A stretch of DNA of 64,000 nt from Elusimicrobiota bacterium (GTDB taxonomy: Bacteria; Elusimicrobiota; Elusimicrobia; UBA1565; UBA9628), in assembly GCA_023249645.1 (NCBI GenBank), contig JAHFCF010000002.1:64806-128805 (forward strand), given 5' to 3'. Within the stretch, counting starts at the first letter, position 1. Each line of letters begins with the position of its first letter. This document shows, piece by piece, positions 54,540-63,309 of this stretch. A program made the translations under genes and the position numbers. Under the pieces are notes generated by a model. That model was not told where the DNA came from, searched no databases, and was given only the letters and a program-made list of their open reading frames with translations.

Positions 54540-56981
54540 TCAGCGGGCGCTTTCAAGGCGGCGCGTGCGGGTCTCTTTGACGTAGAACTCGAGCTCGTCG
54601 CCCTTCTCGAAAGCCTTGAAGCCCTCGAAATCCATGCCGCACTCAAGGCCCTTCTCCACTTCCTTGACGTCATCCTTGAAGCGCTTAAGCGTGGACACGC
54701 GGCCCTCGTAGGCGAGCACGCCGTTGCGGCGGATCTTCACCAAGCCCCCGCGCACGACCTTGCCGTCGCGGACCATGCAGCCGGCGACCTTGCCGGCCTT
54801 GACCTTGAAGATCTCGCGCAGCTCGCCCTTGCCGACCACGACTTCCACGATCTCGGGGGCGAGCAGGCCCTCCAGGGCGGCCTTGATGTCCGCGATGAGG
54901 TCGTAGATGATCTCGTATTTGCGCACTTCGACGCCCTCGCGGGCCGCGAGTTCCGAGGCGCGCGACTCGATGTCGGAGTGGAACAGCAGCGTCACCGCGT
55001 CCGAGGCCGAGGCCAGGAGGATGTCCGACTCGTTCGCGTTGCCCACGTCCCCGCGGATGATGCGCACGCGGCATTCGGAGTTCGAGAGCGCCTCCAGCGA
55101 ATCCTTGATGGCCTGCAGGGATCCCTGGACATCGGCTTTCAAGACGATGTTCAGATCCTTCATGACCGCCTTGCCGCCGGTCGCGGCCAAGGCGCTCTTC
55201 AAGCCCACGAGCGTCATGTGGCGCTGATGGGCCAGGGTCTGTTCGCGGGCGATGATGGAGCGGCGCTGCGCGATCTCGCGGGCCTGGCGGTCGTTTGAGA
55301 CTACGTTGAAGACGTCGCCGGCCTGCGGGGTTTCGATGATGCCGAGAACCTCGACGGGAGTCGAGGGGCCGGCCTCCAGGATGCGCTTGCCCGTGTCGTC
55401 ATGCAGGGCCTTGACCTTGCCGTGGGCCAGGCCCGCCACGAAGGGATCTCCGGCCTTCAAAGTTCCGCCCTGGACCAGGACCGTGGCCACCACGCCCTTC
55501 TTGGGATCCAGACGAGCTTCCAGGACCACGCCGTAAGCGGGGCGATCCGGATTGGCCTTGAGATCCAGGATCTCGGCCTGCAGGGCCAGCATCTCCAAAA
55601 GCGTGTCGATGTGCAGCTTCATCTTGGCCGAAACGTCGACGAAGATGTTCTTGCCGCCCCATTCCTCGGGTTGGATGCCCCGCTGGGCGAGGTCCTGGCG
55701 GATCTTCTGCGGGTTGGCGCCCGGCAGGTCGATCTTGTTGACCGCGACCACGATGGGCACGTCGGCGGCCTTGGCGTGGTCGATGGCCTCGATGGTCTGC
55801 GGCATGACCCCGTCGGTCGCGGAGACCACGATGACCACGATGTCGGTGACCTTGGCTCCCCGCGCGCGCATAGCCGTGAAAGCCTCGTGGCCCGGCGTGT
55901 CGAGAAAGACGATGTCTCCCTTGGACGTGTGCGCGCGATAGGCGCCGATGTGCTGGGTGATGCCGCCCGATTCGCCTTCGGCGACGCGGGCGGAGCGGAT
56001 GGCGTCCAAAAGCTTGGTCTTGCCGTGGTCCACATGGCCCATGACGGTCACGACAGGGGCCCGGGACTTCAGGGATTCCGGCTTCTCGGTCTCGGGACCG
56101 CCCGCCGCCTGGATCTCCTCTTCCTTGTACAGGGCGACGAAATCGAGCTCGAAGCCGAACTCGGCCGCGATGATGGCGGCTGATTCGCTCTCGAGGCGCT
56201 GGTTGATCGTGGCGAAGATGCCCAGGTTCATGAGCTTCTTGATGACATCGGAGGACTTGATCTCCATCTTCTCGGCCAAGTCCCGCACGGTCATCATGCT
56301 GGAGACCTGGAGCTTCTTCAAGGACGGCTTGGGTGCCGCGGCTGCTGGAGCCGGGGTTGGCGAGGCCACAGACGGATGCACCACCACCACCGGCCTAGCC
56401 GGCATCTTGACAGGCTTGGGCCCATGCTTGGCGCCCGGCGGGATGGCCGGCCTGAAGGAGGATCTGGGAGGCGGAGGGCCTGTGCGCACGGAGGGGGACG
56501 GCGTCCGAACAGGCGCCTGCGGAGCAGGCGCCGCCGGTGCCGGCTTGGGAGCCGGCGCAGCAACGGAAGCCTGGGTTGGAACGGGCGGCGCTGCGAGGGT
56601 CGCAGGAGCGGCGGACACCGGCGTGGGCGCCGGTTCCACGGTCTTGGCCGGGGCCTGCGGTGCAGGCGCCGCCGGTGGCGGAGGCGGCTTGGGTAAAGAA
56701 GCTCCGGCCGCTAGACGCGTGACCGTGGGGCCTGTCGAACGGATGAGATTTTTCTTTTTGAAAAGGTCGAAGGCGGAGACCAGATGCTGCGAGGGGGGAG
56801 CGATGGAGCCCTTTTCCTGGGTGGGACGCTTCTCGGCCGCCGTCGCGCGAATGCCGGCGACAGCCTTTTTGGGCGACGCTGCCGGCTTAGGGGACTTCTG
56901 AGCGGGCGCAAGCTTGGCCGCCGGCTTGGGCTTGAGGGCTTTCGCAGGCTTAGCCGTCTTTCCCGCCTTTTTCTTCTCCAT
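54540..56981 (-). CDS. infB: Translation initiation factor IF-2
   Basis: [40 protein letters not shown]; Lys/Ala/Pro-rich N-terminus. Confidence 0.97.
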   Translation of the reverse strand: MEKKKAGKTAKPAKALKPKPAAKLAPAQKSPKPAASPKKAVAGIRATAAEKRPTQEKGSIAPPSQHLVSAFDLFKKKNLIRSTGPTVTRLAAGASLPKPPPPPAAPAPQAPAKTVEPAPTPVSAAPATLAAPPVPTQASVAAPAPKPAPAAPAPQAPVRTPSPSVRTGPPPPRSSFRPAIPPGAKHGPKPVKMPARPVVVVHPSVASPTPAPAAAAPKPSLKKLQVSSMMTVRDLAEKMEIKSSDVIKKLMNLGIFATINQRLESESAAIIAAEFGFELDFVALYKEEEIQAAGGPETEKPESLKSRAPVVTVMGHVDHGKTKLLDAIRSARVAEGESGGITQHIGAYRAHTSKGDIVFLDTPGHEAFTAMRARGAKVTDIVVIVVSATDGVMPQTIEAIDHAKAADVPIVVAVNKIDLPGANPQKIRQDLAQRGIQPEEWGGKNIFVDVSAKMKLHIDTLLEMLALQAEILDLKANPDRPAYGVVLEARLDPKKGVVATVLVQGGTLKAGDPFVAGLAHGKVKALHDDTGKRILEAGPSTPVEVLGIIETPQAGDVFNVVSNDRQAREIAQRRSIIAREQTLAHQRHMTLVGLKSALAATGGKAVMKDLNIVLKADVQGSLQAIKDSLEALSNSECRVRIIRGDVGNANESDILLASASDAVTLLFHSDIESRASELAAREGVEVRKYEIIYDLIADIKAALEGLLAPEIVEVVVGKGELREIFKVKAGKVAGCMVRDGKVVRGGLVKIRRNGVLAYEGRVSTLKRFKDDVKEVEKGLECGMDFEGFKAFEKGDELEFYVKETRTRRLESAR

Positions 56982-56997
56982 CCATGGATGATAGCAT

Positions 56998-58242
56998 TTA
57001 TGCCTTGGACTCGTCCGGCGGCGCTGGCACATGCTTCTTCGCCGCGGCGATGATCTTGGCCGCGGTCTTCTCGCCGATCCCTTCCAAAGCCGTCAGTTCC
57101 TCGAGCGTGGCCTCGGCCAAGCGGGCCGGGTCCGAGAAACCGCCAGCCGCCAGGACCTCCGCGGTCTTCTCGCCCACTCCTTCCAGGCCCCTCAGGCCGG
57201 CACTGCCGGCCGCAGGTGCAGGCTTGACCTCCAGGTCCCAGCCGGTCAAGCGGCAAGCCAGGCGGACGTTCTGACCGTCTTTTCCGATGGCCAGGCTCAG
57301 GTGCTCCTCGGTGACGAGCGCCTGGGCGCGCTTGTTGGCGGCATCCAGGATCCTCACTTCGGCGACCTTGGCAGGAGCCAGGGAGTTGGCCAGGAACTTG
57401 GAGAGGTCCGCGTCGAAGGGAATGAGGTCGATGCGCTCGCCGGCCAGCTCGTTCATGATGCTGCGGATGCGCGAGCCGCGCAGCCCCACGCAGGAGCCGA
57501 CCGGGTCCACCTTGGGGTCATTGGACTTGACCAGGACCTTGGCACGGAAGCCCGGATCGCGCACGACCTCGATGATCTCGACGATCTTCTCGACGATCTC
57601 CGGGACCTCCAGCTCGAAAAGGCGCTTGAGGAACAAGGGCGCCGCCCGCGAAAGGACGACCTGGGGGCCGCGCTGGGCCCGGTCCACGCGCGAGATCAGC
57701 GCGCGCACGTTGGCGCCGATCGCGTAATGCTCGCGGCGGATCTGCTCGCGCGCGGGCAGGATCGCCTCAGCCTTGCCGATGTCGACGATGACGTTGCGCT
57801 CCTGGAAACGGTGCACGGAGCCGGAGATGATCTCGCCTTCCTTGGGTTTGAACTCGTCGTAAAGGGTGTCCCTCTCCTTCTCCCGGATCTTCTGGGCCAG
57901 GACCTGCTTGGCGGTCTGCGCGGCGATGCGGGCGAAATCCGTCACGGGCGCGGACAGGCGCAGGTCGTCGCCGACGGTCGCGTTGGACTTCTCGCGCTTG
58001 GCATCGGCCAGAGAGATCTCAAGCTCGGCATTCGCCACGGTCTCCACCACGCGTTTGACCACGCAGGCCTTGAACTCCGCGGTCTCGGGATCGATGGACG
58101 CTTCGATGATCGCCTCCTCGCCCACGTGCTTGCGCAAGGAGCTCACGACCGCCTCCTCGATCATCTTAAGGATCTCGCCCTTGGGGAGGTTCTTCTCCCG
58201 TTCCAGCTGCTCCAAAGCCACCACCAGCTCTGATTTCGCCAT
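56998..58242 (-). CDS. nusA: Transcription factor NusA
   Basis: RIAAQTAKQV, S1 and KH domains (DPVGSCVGLRGSRI, AIGKDGQNVRLA), C-terminal HhH pair. Confidence 0.96.
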   Translation of the reverse strand: MAKSELVVALEQLEREKNLPKGEILKMIEEAVVSSLRKHVGEEAIIEASIDPETAEFKACVVKRVVETVANAELEISLADAKREKSNATVGDDLRLSAPVTDFARIAAQTAKQVLAQKIREKERDTLYDEFKPKEGEIISGSVHRFQERNVIVDIGKAEAILPAREQIRREHYAIGANVRALISRVDRAQRGPQVVLSRAAPLFLKRLFELEVPEIVEKIVEIIEVVRDPGFRAKVLVKSNDPKVDPVGSCVGLRGSRIRSIMNELAGERIDLIPFDADLSKFLANSLAPAKVAEVRILDAANKRAQALVTEEHLSLAIGKDGQNVRLACRLTGWDLEVKPAPAAGSAGLRGLEGVGEKTAEVLAAGGFSDPARLAEATLEELTALEGIGEKTAAKIIAAAKKHVPAPPDESKA

Positions 58243-58245
58243 GAC

Positions 58246-58701
58246 TTAAACCTCCGCCGAATCATCCAGCCGCGTCTCATCGATGCGGTCGAGAGAAAAC
58301 GCCCAGCGCTTGCCTTCGCCTTCCACGATCACTTGGCCGTTCTCGAAGCCGCGCAGGATGCCCTTGAAGTTGCGCCGTCCTTCCTCGGGCAAACGCAGAC
58401 GCAGCTTCACGGCCTTGCCGGAAAATCGGATGAAATCCTTCTCTTTTTTCACGATCCGATCCAGCCCGGGAGACGACACCTCCAGGACGTAGGAACTCGG
58501 GATGGCGTTCGTCTCGTCAAGCAGGGCCCCCAAGCGGTTGGAGAGATGCTCGCAATCGTCCAAGTTGATGCCGCCCTCCTTGTCCAAAAAGAAGCGCAGG
58601 ATCTGCGAGCCGTGCTCGTTGCCGAATTCCACATGCACAAGCTCCGCCGCCTCCTGGCTGAGGAGGGGCTCGACCAGCTTCTCGATCTCTGAAATGTCCA
58701 T
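58246..58701 (-). CDS. rimP: Ribosome maturation factor RimP
   Basis: INLDDC, YVLEVSSPGLDR. Confidence 0.95.
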   Translation of the reverse strand: MDISEIEKLVEPLLSQEAAELVHVEFGNEHGSQILRFFLDKEGGINLDDCEHLSNRLGALLDETNAIPSSYVLEVSSPGLDRIVKKEKDFIRFSGKAVKLRLRLPEEGRRNFKGILRGFENGQVIVEGEGKRWAFSLDRIDETRLDDSAEV

Positions 58702-58711
58702 TTTTGAGAAT

Positions 58712-58741
58712 AAAAAAAGTGGCTTTGCTGCTAGCCACTTT
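58712..58741 (-). terminator. Terminator-like hairpin in the rimP leader (possible attenuator)
   Basis: Minus strand AAAGTGGCT-AGCAGCAA-AGCCACTTTTTTT, between promoter and rimP start. Confidence 0.7.
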
Positions 58742-58763
58742 ATCTCCAGGCTGCGTTGAGATG

Positions 58764-58793
58764 ATTATATCATTCGACGGAAAAGCCTGTCAA
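58764..58793 (-). promoter_or_regulatory. Consensus sigma70 promoter of the rimP-nusA-infB operon
   Basis: TTGACA (58793-58788), 18 nt, TATAAT (58769-58764) with TGn extension. Confidence 0.8.
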
Positions 58794-60136
58794 ATGGACC
58801 TCGACTTCAGTATCCCTTCCGCGGCCAGAAGGCCCGTAGCCGCCGCGCCGACGATGCCGCGCGAGTACCCCGAGGCGTCGCCGGCGAAATAGATCCCCGG
58901 CACGTTGCTTTCCAGAGAGGCCGTCGTCTTCACGCGGATGCCGTGGAACTTGATCTCCGGAGCGTAGAGCAGCGTGTGGTCCTGCGCCAGACCCGGGATC
59001 AGCTTATCGAGCCTGTCCAATCCCTCCAGGATCCCCGTGACAAACCGGTGGCCCATGGCCATGCCGATGTCTCCCGGTGTGACGTCCTGCAGAGTGGGGG
59101 AAACGTAGCTGTGCGAGAGCCGATCGAATGTGCTGCGCCGGTTGCGGCGCAGATCGCCCAAACGCTGGATGATGGGCTTGCCTCCTCCCAGATAGGTCAC
59201 CTGCTCAGCGAGCTTAGCCGCGTAGGTGTTCGCGTTCTTCAAGGGAGAAGTCAGGCGGCTCTTGATCAGAAAGGCGAAATTCGTATTGGGGCTTCTCGTG
59301 TGCTTGCGCGAATGGCCATTGACCAGGCTGTAGGTGTCGTAATCCTCGCGCGCGACATAGCCGTAGGGGCAGGTGCAGAAGGTTCGGGCGATGTCCTCGT
59401 TCTTCAGGCGCACGCGCGCCTTGAAGTCCCAATTGACCGAGCAGGCGTACTCCAAGATCGAGGCCGGGACCTCCACGCGCACGCCGATGTCCACGGGGTT
59501 GTATTCATAGTCGATGCCCTGGCGCTCGACCACGGCCTCGATCCATTCGGCCCCGCTTCTTCCCGGGGCCACGATGATCCTGTCGCAGGCATGTTTTCCC
59601 GATGGCGTGCCAACGAATCCTTGCCCAAGCTCCGTCACATCCTCATGGACGATGCGCACCTTCCCATGGAAATCCTCAATGAGGGCGGCGATGACGTCCG
59701 GCAGCCTGTCGCTGCCCACATGGCTCTGATGCGCCGCGATGTACTCGATGCCGTGCTGGTTGGCCTGGGTCTGCAAGAGACGCGAATCCGCGGGCTTGTC
59801 CGCGTCGGCCTTCACCCCGTGATGGGCGAACAGGGCCTCCACATCCGAGACGAGCCTTTGGGTCTCGGGGATGCCGATGAGTTCCGGCAGATTGGTGCCG
59901 ATGATCGTCGAGAACATAAGCTTGCCGTCGCTGAAAAGCCCAGCCCCGCCGATGCCGGAGGCGATGTTGCACGGCTTGCAGTTGACGCACTCCTTGCCTT
60001 GGGCGACCAGGCATTTCCTCGCGGCGATATCCCGGCCTTTCTCAAAAAGAACGATCTCCATATCCTTGCCGGAACGGACCAGCTTGTGCGCGGCGAAAAG
60101 CCCGGCCGGTCCCGCTCCAACGATCGCGATCTTCAT
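58790..60136 (-). CDS. Uncharacterised FAD-dependent oxidoreductase (COG2509-like)
   Basis: IVGAGPAG, GIGGAGLFSDGK, HVGSD, APGRSG, DIGVRVE, RTFCTCP.G, YAPEIKF, AGDASG. Confidence 0.85.
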   Translation of the reverse strand: MKIAIVGAGPAGLFAAHKLVRSGKDMEIVLFEKGRDIAARKCLVAQGKECVNCKPCNIASGIGGAGLFSDGKLMFSTIIGTNLPELIGIPETQRLVSDVEALFAHHGVKADADKPADSRLLQTQANQHGIEYIAAHQSHVGSDRLPDVIAALIEDFHGKVRIVHEDVTELGQGFVGTPSGKHACDRIIVAPGRSGAEWIEAVVERQGIDYEYNPVDIGVRVEVPASILEYACSVNWDFKARVRLKNEDIARTFCTCPYGYVAREDYDTYSLVNGHSRKHTRSPNTNFAFLIKSRLTSPLKNANTYAAKLAEQVTYLGGGKPIIQRLGDLRRNRRSTFDRLSHSYVSPTLQDVTPGDIGMAMGHRFVTGILEGLDRLDKLIPGLAQDHTLLYAPEIKFHGIRVKTTASLESNVPGIYFAGDASGYSRGIVGAAATGLLAAEGILKSRSI

Positions 60137-61158
60137 GCTGATCTCAGATCCAAGACATCCATCAAGCCCGGCCCATAAGAGACGAGTCCCACGCGGGGAT
60201 AAGGATAGACCGCGCACAGTCTCTCGAGGATGGCCAAAAACTTCCCGGCCTCTCCCCGGAAGCTCTTCAAACCCTGAGAAAAATCAGCTCCCTCCATCAA
60301 GTCCGCATGGGTGATGGCGAGCTGGGTCGCCGAATTGATGGTGATGGCCTGGACGGCAGATCCCATCTCAAAACGGCCGACTCGCCGCAGCCGGCCGCTG
60401 ACACTGCCGACCTCCCGGCCTGTCGTGTGATAGACGCCGAGCTTCTTCACATCCCTGAGCTCCTGGGAGACAGGCCCTGGCCCCACGCGGGTCACATAGG
60501 GCTTGAAGATGACATAGACATCGCCGGCGTATTTGGGCCCGAGGCCGGCCTCTCCCATGAAGGTCGAGGCGGTCGTGTCCCGGGAGGTGACATGGGGATA
60601 TTCCCCATGCAGGTTGGAGAGCTTCATGCCCTGCGTGCCTTCCAGAAGAACGCGCCGACCCTTCTCCAGGGCCTTGTTCAAGACAGCGGGCACATCCTGG
60701 ACGTATTTCTTGAGCCTCGGATGATCCTTGGCGAACCGCAGGGATTTGCGCTCGATGCGTTCCACGACCGCGGCGCCCAACCCCGTGCCCACGCTGCCGA
60801 TCTTGCCCATCATCCTCTTGTCGGATTTCTCGGCGAGCGTGTGGCGCGGCTCGATGATGACCGCGTGAGGATCGATGATGAAACGATCCTGCGAGCCGGT
60901 CAGCTTGATCTCCTTCTCCAACCAATCCGGGATGATGTAGGTCCCGGCCCCCAAGACGAGCTTGGTCTTCTTGTTCACGAAGCCGGAGGGGACCGTCTTC
61001 AAAGCATAGATGCGGCCTTCGAAAAAAACGGTGTGTCCGGCGTTCGGCCCGCCGACGCGGACGGAATAATCGTAGTCGCCTTCATGGGCCAGATAGGCCG
61101 CGATCTTGCCCTTGCCCTCGTCTCCCGCCTGACCTCCCACGACAATATCAACAGGCAT
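60133..61158 (-). CDS. purA: Adenylosuccinate synthetase, short type (341 aa)
   Basis: GGQAGDEGKGKI, GGPNAGHT, LLEGTQG, YPHVTSRD, YVTRVGPGP, GRLRRVGRF. Confidence 0.93.
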   Translation of the reverse strand: MPVDIVVGGQAGDEGKGKIAAYLAHEGDYDYSVRVGGPNAGHTVFFEGRIYALKTVPSGFVNKKTKLVLGAGTYIIPDWLEKEIKLTGSQDRFIIDPHAVIIEPRHTLAEKSDKRMMGKIGSVGTGLGAAVVERIERKSLRFAKDHPRLKKYVQDVPAVLNKALEKGRRVLLEGTQGMKLSNLHGEYPHVTSRDTTASTFMGEAGLGPKYAGDVYVIFKPYVTRVGPGPVSQELRDVKKLGVYHTTGREVGSVSGRLRRVGRFEMGSAVQAITINSATQLAITHADLMEGADFSQGLKSFRGEAGKFLAILERLCAVYPYPRVGLVSYGPGLMDVLDLRSA

Positions 61159-61175
61159 TTGATGTCTCCTTTATA

Positions 61176-61223
61176 GGGTCAGGCCTTGAGTTTTGAGTCA
61201 ACTCAAAACTCAAGGCCTGACCC
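61176..61223. repeat. Perfect 23-bp-arm hairpin of the GGGTCAG-tagged family
   Basis: GGGTCAGGCCTTGAGTTTTGAGT-CA-ACTCAAAACTCAAGGCCTGACCC; supplies the purB C-terminal GSGLEF and stop. Confidence 0.9.
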
Positions 61224-62543
61224 CATTTTTTTCGCCAATCCCAGATAGTTGGTCGGAGAAAGGCTCTTCAGTTCGCGCTTGACCGTTGGCCTGACATCGA
61301 GGCCATCGATAAAGGCATGCAGCTCCTTCAGGCTGACTCGGCGACCACGGACCAGACGCGCCAACTGCTCGTAAGGCTGGACAGCTTTCTCACGACGCAA
61401 AATGGTCTGGATTCCTTCAGAAATGACCTCTGGATGAGACTCCAGCTCGGCCAAGGCCGCGGCCTCATTGACAGAGATCCCGGCCAAGCCGCTGACAAGG
61501 AACTGATACGCCACCAAACAATGCCCGAAAGCGACTCCGAAATTTCGCAGGACCGTAGAATCCGAAAGATCCCGCTGAAGCCTGGAGATCGGCAGTTTGG
61601 CAGAGAAGAAACCGAGCAGGGCATTGGCCAAGCCCAGATTGCCTTCCGCGTTCTCGAACTTGATCGGATTGACCTTCTGCGGCATGGTGGAGGAGCCGAT
61701 CTCTCCGGCCACGGCTTTCTCGACGATCAAGCCCAGGGAAATGTAGCGCCACAGATCCTGGCACAAACCCAGGAGGATGATATTCACACGACGCAGAGCG
61801 TCGAACAGCTCGGCCTGAGAATCATGCGGCTCGATCTGCGTGGTAAGGGGGGAATAATCCAAGCCAAAAGAGAGGATGAAATCCCTGGAGAATCTTTCCC
61901 AGTCCCGCTTGGGGAATGCCGCGCAGAGCGCGTTGTAGTTGCCAACCGCGCCATTGAGCTTGGCACAAAGATGGATGGACTCAAGGCCTCGGACCTGACG
62001 GCTGAGTCGCGAGTGAAAGACGCGGAATTCCTTCCCGAAAGTCGTGGGAACAGCAGGCTGGCCATGGGTCCTGGCCAGAAGCGGCGAAGCCGCGTATCGC
62101 ACGGAGAGCTTGTCCAGCGTCTTGAGGATGGCGTTCAAAGCAGGCAGGATCTCGCTCTGAAGGCCATCCGTGAGCATCAAGGCATAGGCGATGTTGTTGA
62201 CATCCTCGGAAGTCAGGCCGAAATGCACGAAGCCGGCCAGATCCTTGAGGCTGGTCTTGAGAAGTCTCTCCCGGAGATAGTACTCCACGGCCTTGACATC
62301 GTGCTTGGTCACGGCTTCCAGGCGGACGATCCGGGCCAGATCGGACTGTGTCGGATCCTCCAATCCCGCGAGGATACGCTTTTCGTGAGGCTTGAGTTTT
62401 CGGATGCCGAGCTTTTGAAGATAGCGGCACTCGACTTGGAGCCTGTGCCGGATCAACACCCCTTCGCCAAGGCGGCGCCCCATTCCTTTAATAAGGGGGG
62501 AATACCGGCCGTCTAGAGGACTGATGAGATCCATGCGGTCCAT
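61203..62543 (-). CDS. purB: Adenylosuccinate lyase
   Basis: ISPLDGRY, HDVKAVEY, HFGLTSEDVNN, ARTHGQPA, GSSTMPQKVNPI, SRLQRDLSDST. Confidence 0.96.
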   Translation of the reverse strand: MDRMDLISPLDGRYSPLIKGMGRRLGEGVLIRHRLQVECRYLQKLGIRKLKPHEKRILAGLEDPTQSDLARIVRLEAVTKHDVKAVEYYLRERLLKTSLKDLAGFVHFGLTSEDVNNIAYALMLTDGLQSEILPALNAILKTLDKLSVRYAASPLLARTHGQPAVPTTFGKEFRVFHSRLSRQVRGLESIHLCAKLNGAVGNYNALCAAFPKRDWERFSRDFILSFGLDYSPLTTQIEPHDSQAELFDALRRVNIILLGLCQDLWRYISLGLIVEKAVAGEIGSSTMPQKVNPIKFENAEGNLGLANALLGFFSAKLPISRLQRDLSDSTVLRNFGVAFGHCLVAYQFLVSGLAGISVNEAAALAELESHPEVISEGIQTILRREKAVQPYEQLARLVRGRRVSLKELHAFIDGLDVRPTVKRELKSLSPTNYLGLAKKMGSGLEF

Positions 62544-62552
62544 AATTGCCCG

Positions 62553-62614
62553 CAAAAATGCCCTGTGTCGGCAAGAACCTTCCGACCCAGGGCTTCTTGC
62601 GAGTTATTATAGCA
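62553..62614 (-). promoter_or_regulatory. Extended -10 promoter and structured leader of the purB operon
   Basis: TGcTATAAT (62614-62606); leader contains GCCCTG.GTCGG...CCGAC.CAGGGC hairpin followed by ATTTTT. Confidence 0.55.
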
Positions 62615-62633
62615 AACTTTTCAAAAACAGGAA

Positions 62634-62723
62634 TAGGTCTTTTGGCCCACCCGCGACTAGGTCCATTGTCATAGCCCACCTAGGACCAAAGGCCCCTGTC
62701 GGATTTCATAATCCGGCTAAACT
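62634..62723 (+). promoter_or_regulatory. Triple-box promoter C
   Basis: TAGGTCTTTTGGCCCA (62634), TAGGTCCATTGTCATA (62658), TAGGACCAAAGGCCCC (62681); -10-like TAAACT at 62718. Confidence 0.75.
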
Positions 62724-62750
62724 ATCAGCATCACAGGGAGGAATAAATCA

Positions 62751-63278
62751 ATGAAAAACCATCTGAAGGTGTGCGCGATGTTGGTTCTGCTGATCGGCCT
62801 GGGCGTGGCAGCCCATGCGGACACATTATCTGCAGCGGCAGAGGTAGCTGGATCAGCGGCAAAGACAACCAAGAAAGATCTTGCGGCGACACAGAAGAAG
62901 CGCCAAGCTGAAGTGGCCATGGCAAAGGATGCCTCCTTCCTGGAGGGGCACAAGCGCGCGATGATCGCACGGTGGGACCATATACCAAATACCACTTCCC
63001 AGGGCGACCTCTGCACCCGCAAGCAAGTGCCAGAACTTCGACAGCTCAAAGACGAGAACATCCTGAGTTACTATCAGACATTCATTTTCCCTGAAAATGA
63101 GTCCCTCGGCAATAAGCTCAGGCTGGTGGAAGTGAAGGTTGACCCAAAACATCGACGTCAGTATACTCTGACCCTATACATGGTTGCACAAAATTACTGG
63201 CACAACATGGAGATATTGACAGTGACACGGCAAGTGAATGCCCTCACTGGAGAAGTGCAGGAGACGATGGAAGAGTAA
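62751..63278 (+). CDS. Hypothetical secreted protein (lower GC)
   Basis: Signal peptide ending AAHA; GGAGG RBS; C-terminal VNALTGEV resembles a PepSY-type motif. Confidence 0.75.
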   Translation: MKNHLKVCAMLVLLIGLGVAAHADTLSAAAEVAGSAAKTTKKDLAATQKKRQAEVAMAKDASFLEGHKRAMIARWDHIPNTTSQGDLCTRKQVPELRQLKDENILSYYQTFIFPENESLGNKLRLVEVKVDPKHRRQYTLTLYMVAQNYWHNMEILTVTRQVNALTGEVQETMEE

Positions 63279-63309
63279 AGGTATAGCAAACTTTTAGTAC
63301 AATGCCGCC

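Noticed and set aside
56330-56981. Pro/Ala/Lys-rich stretch as a separate repeat element or gene
   Set aside because: It is in frame with IF-2 and matches the variable low-complexity N-terminus common in IF-2.
42559-62696. Triple boxes or 31-nt repeats as a CRISPR or mini-CRISPR array
   Set aside because: Boxes are degenerate with 7-8 nt spacers, the 31-nt copies are kilobases apart, and no cas genes are present.
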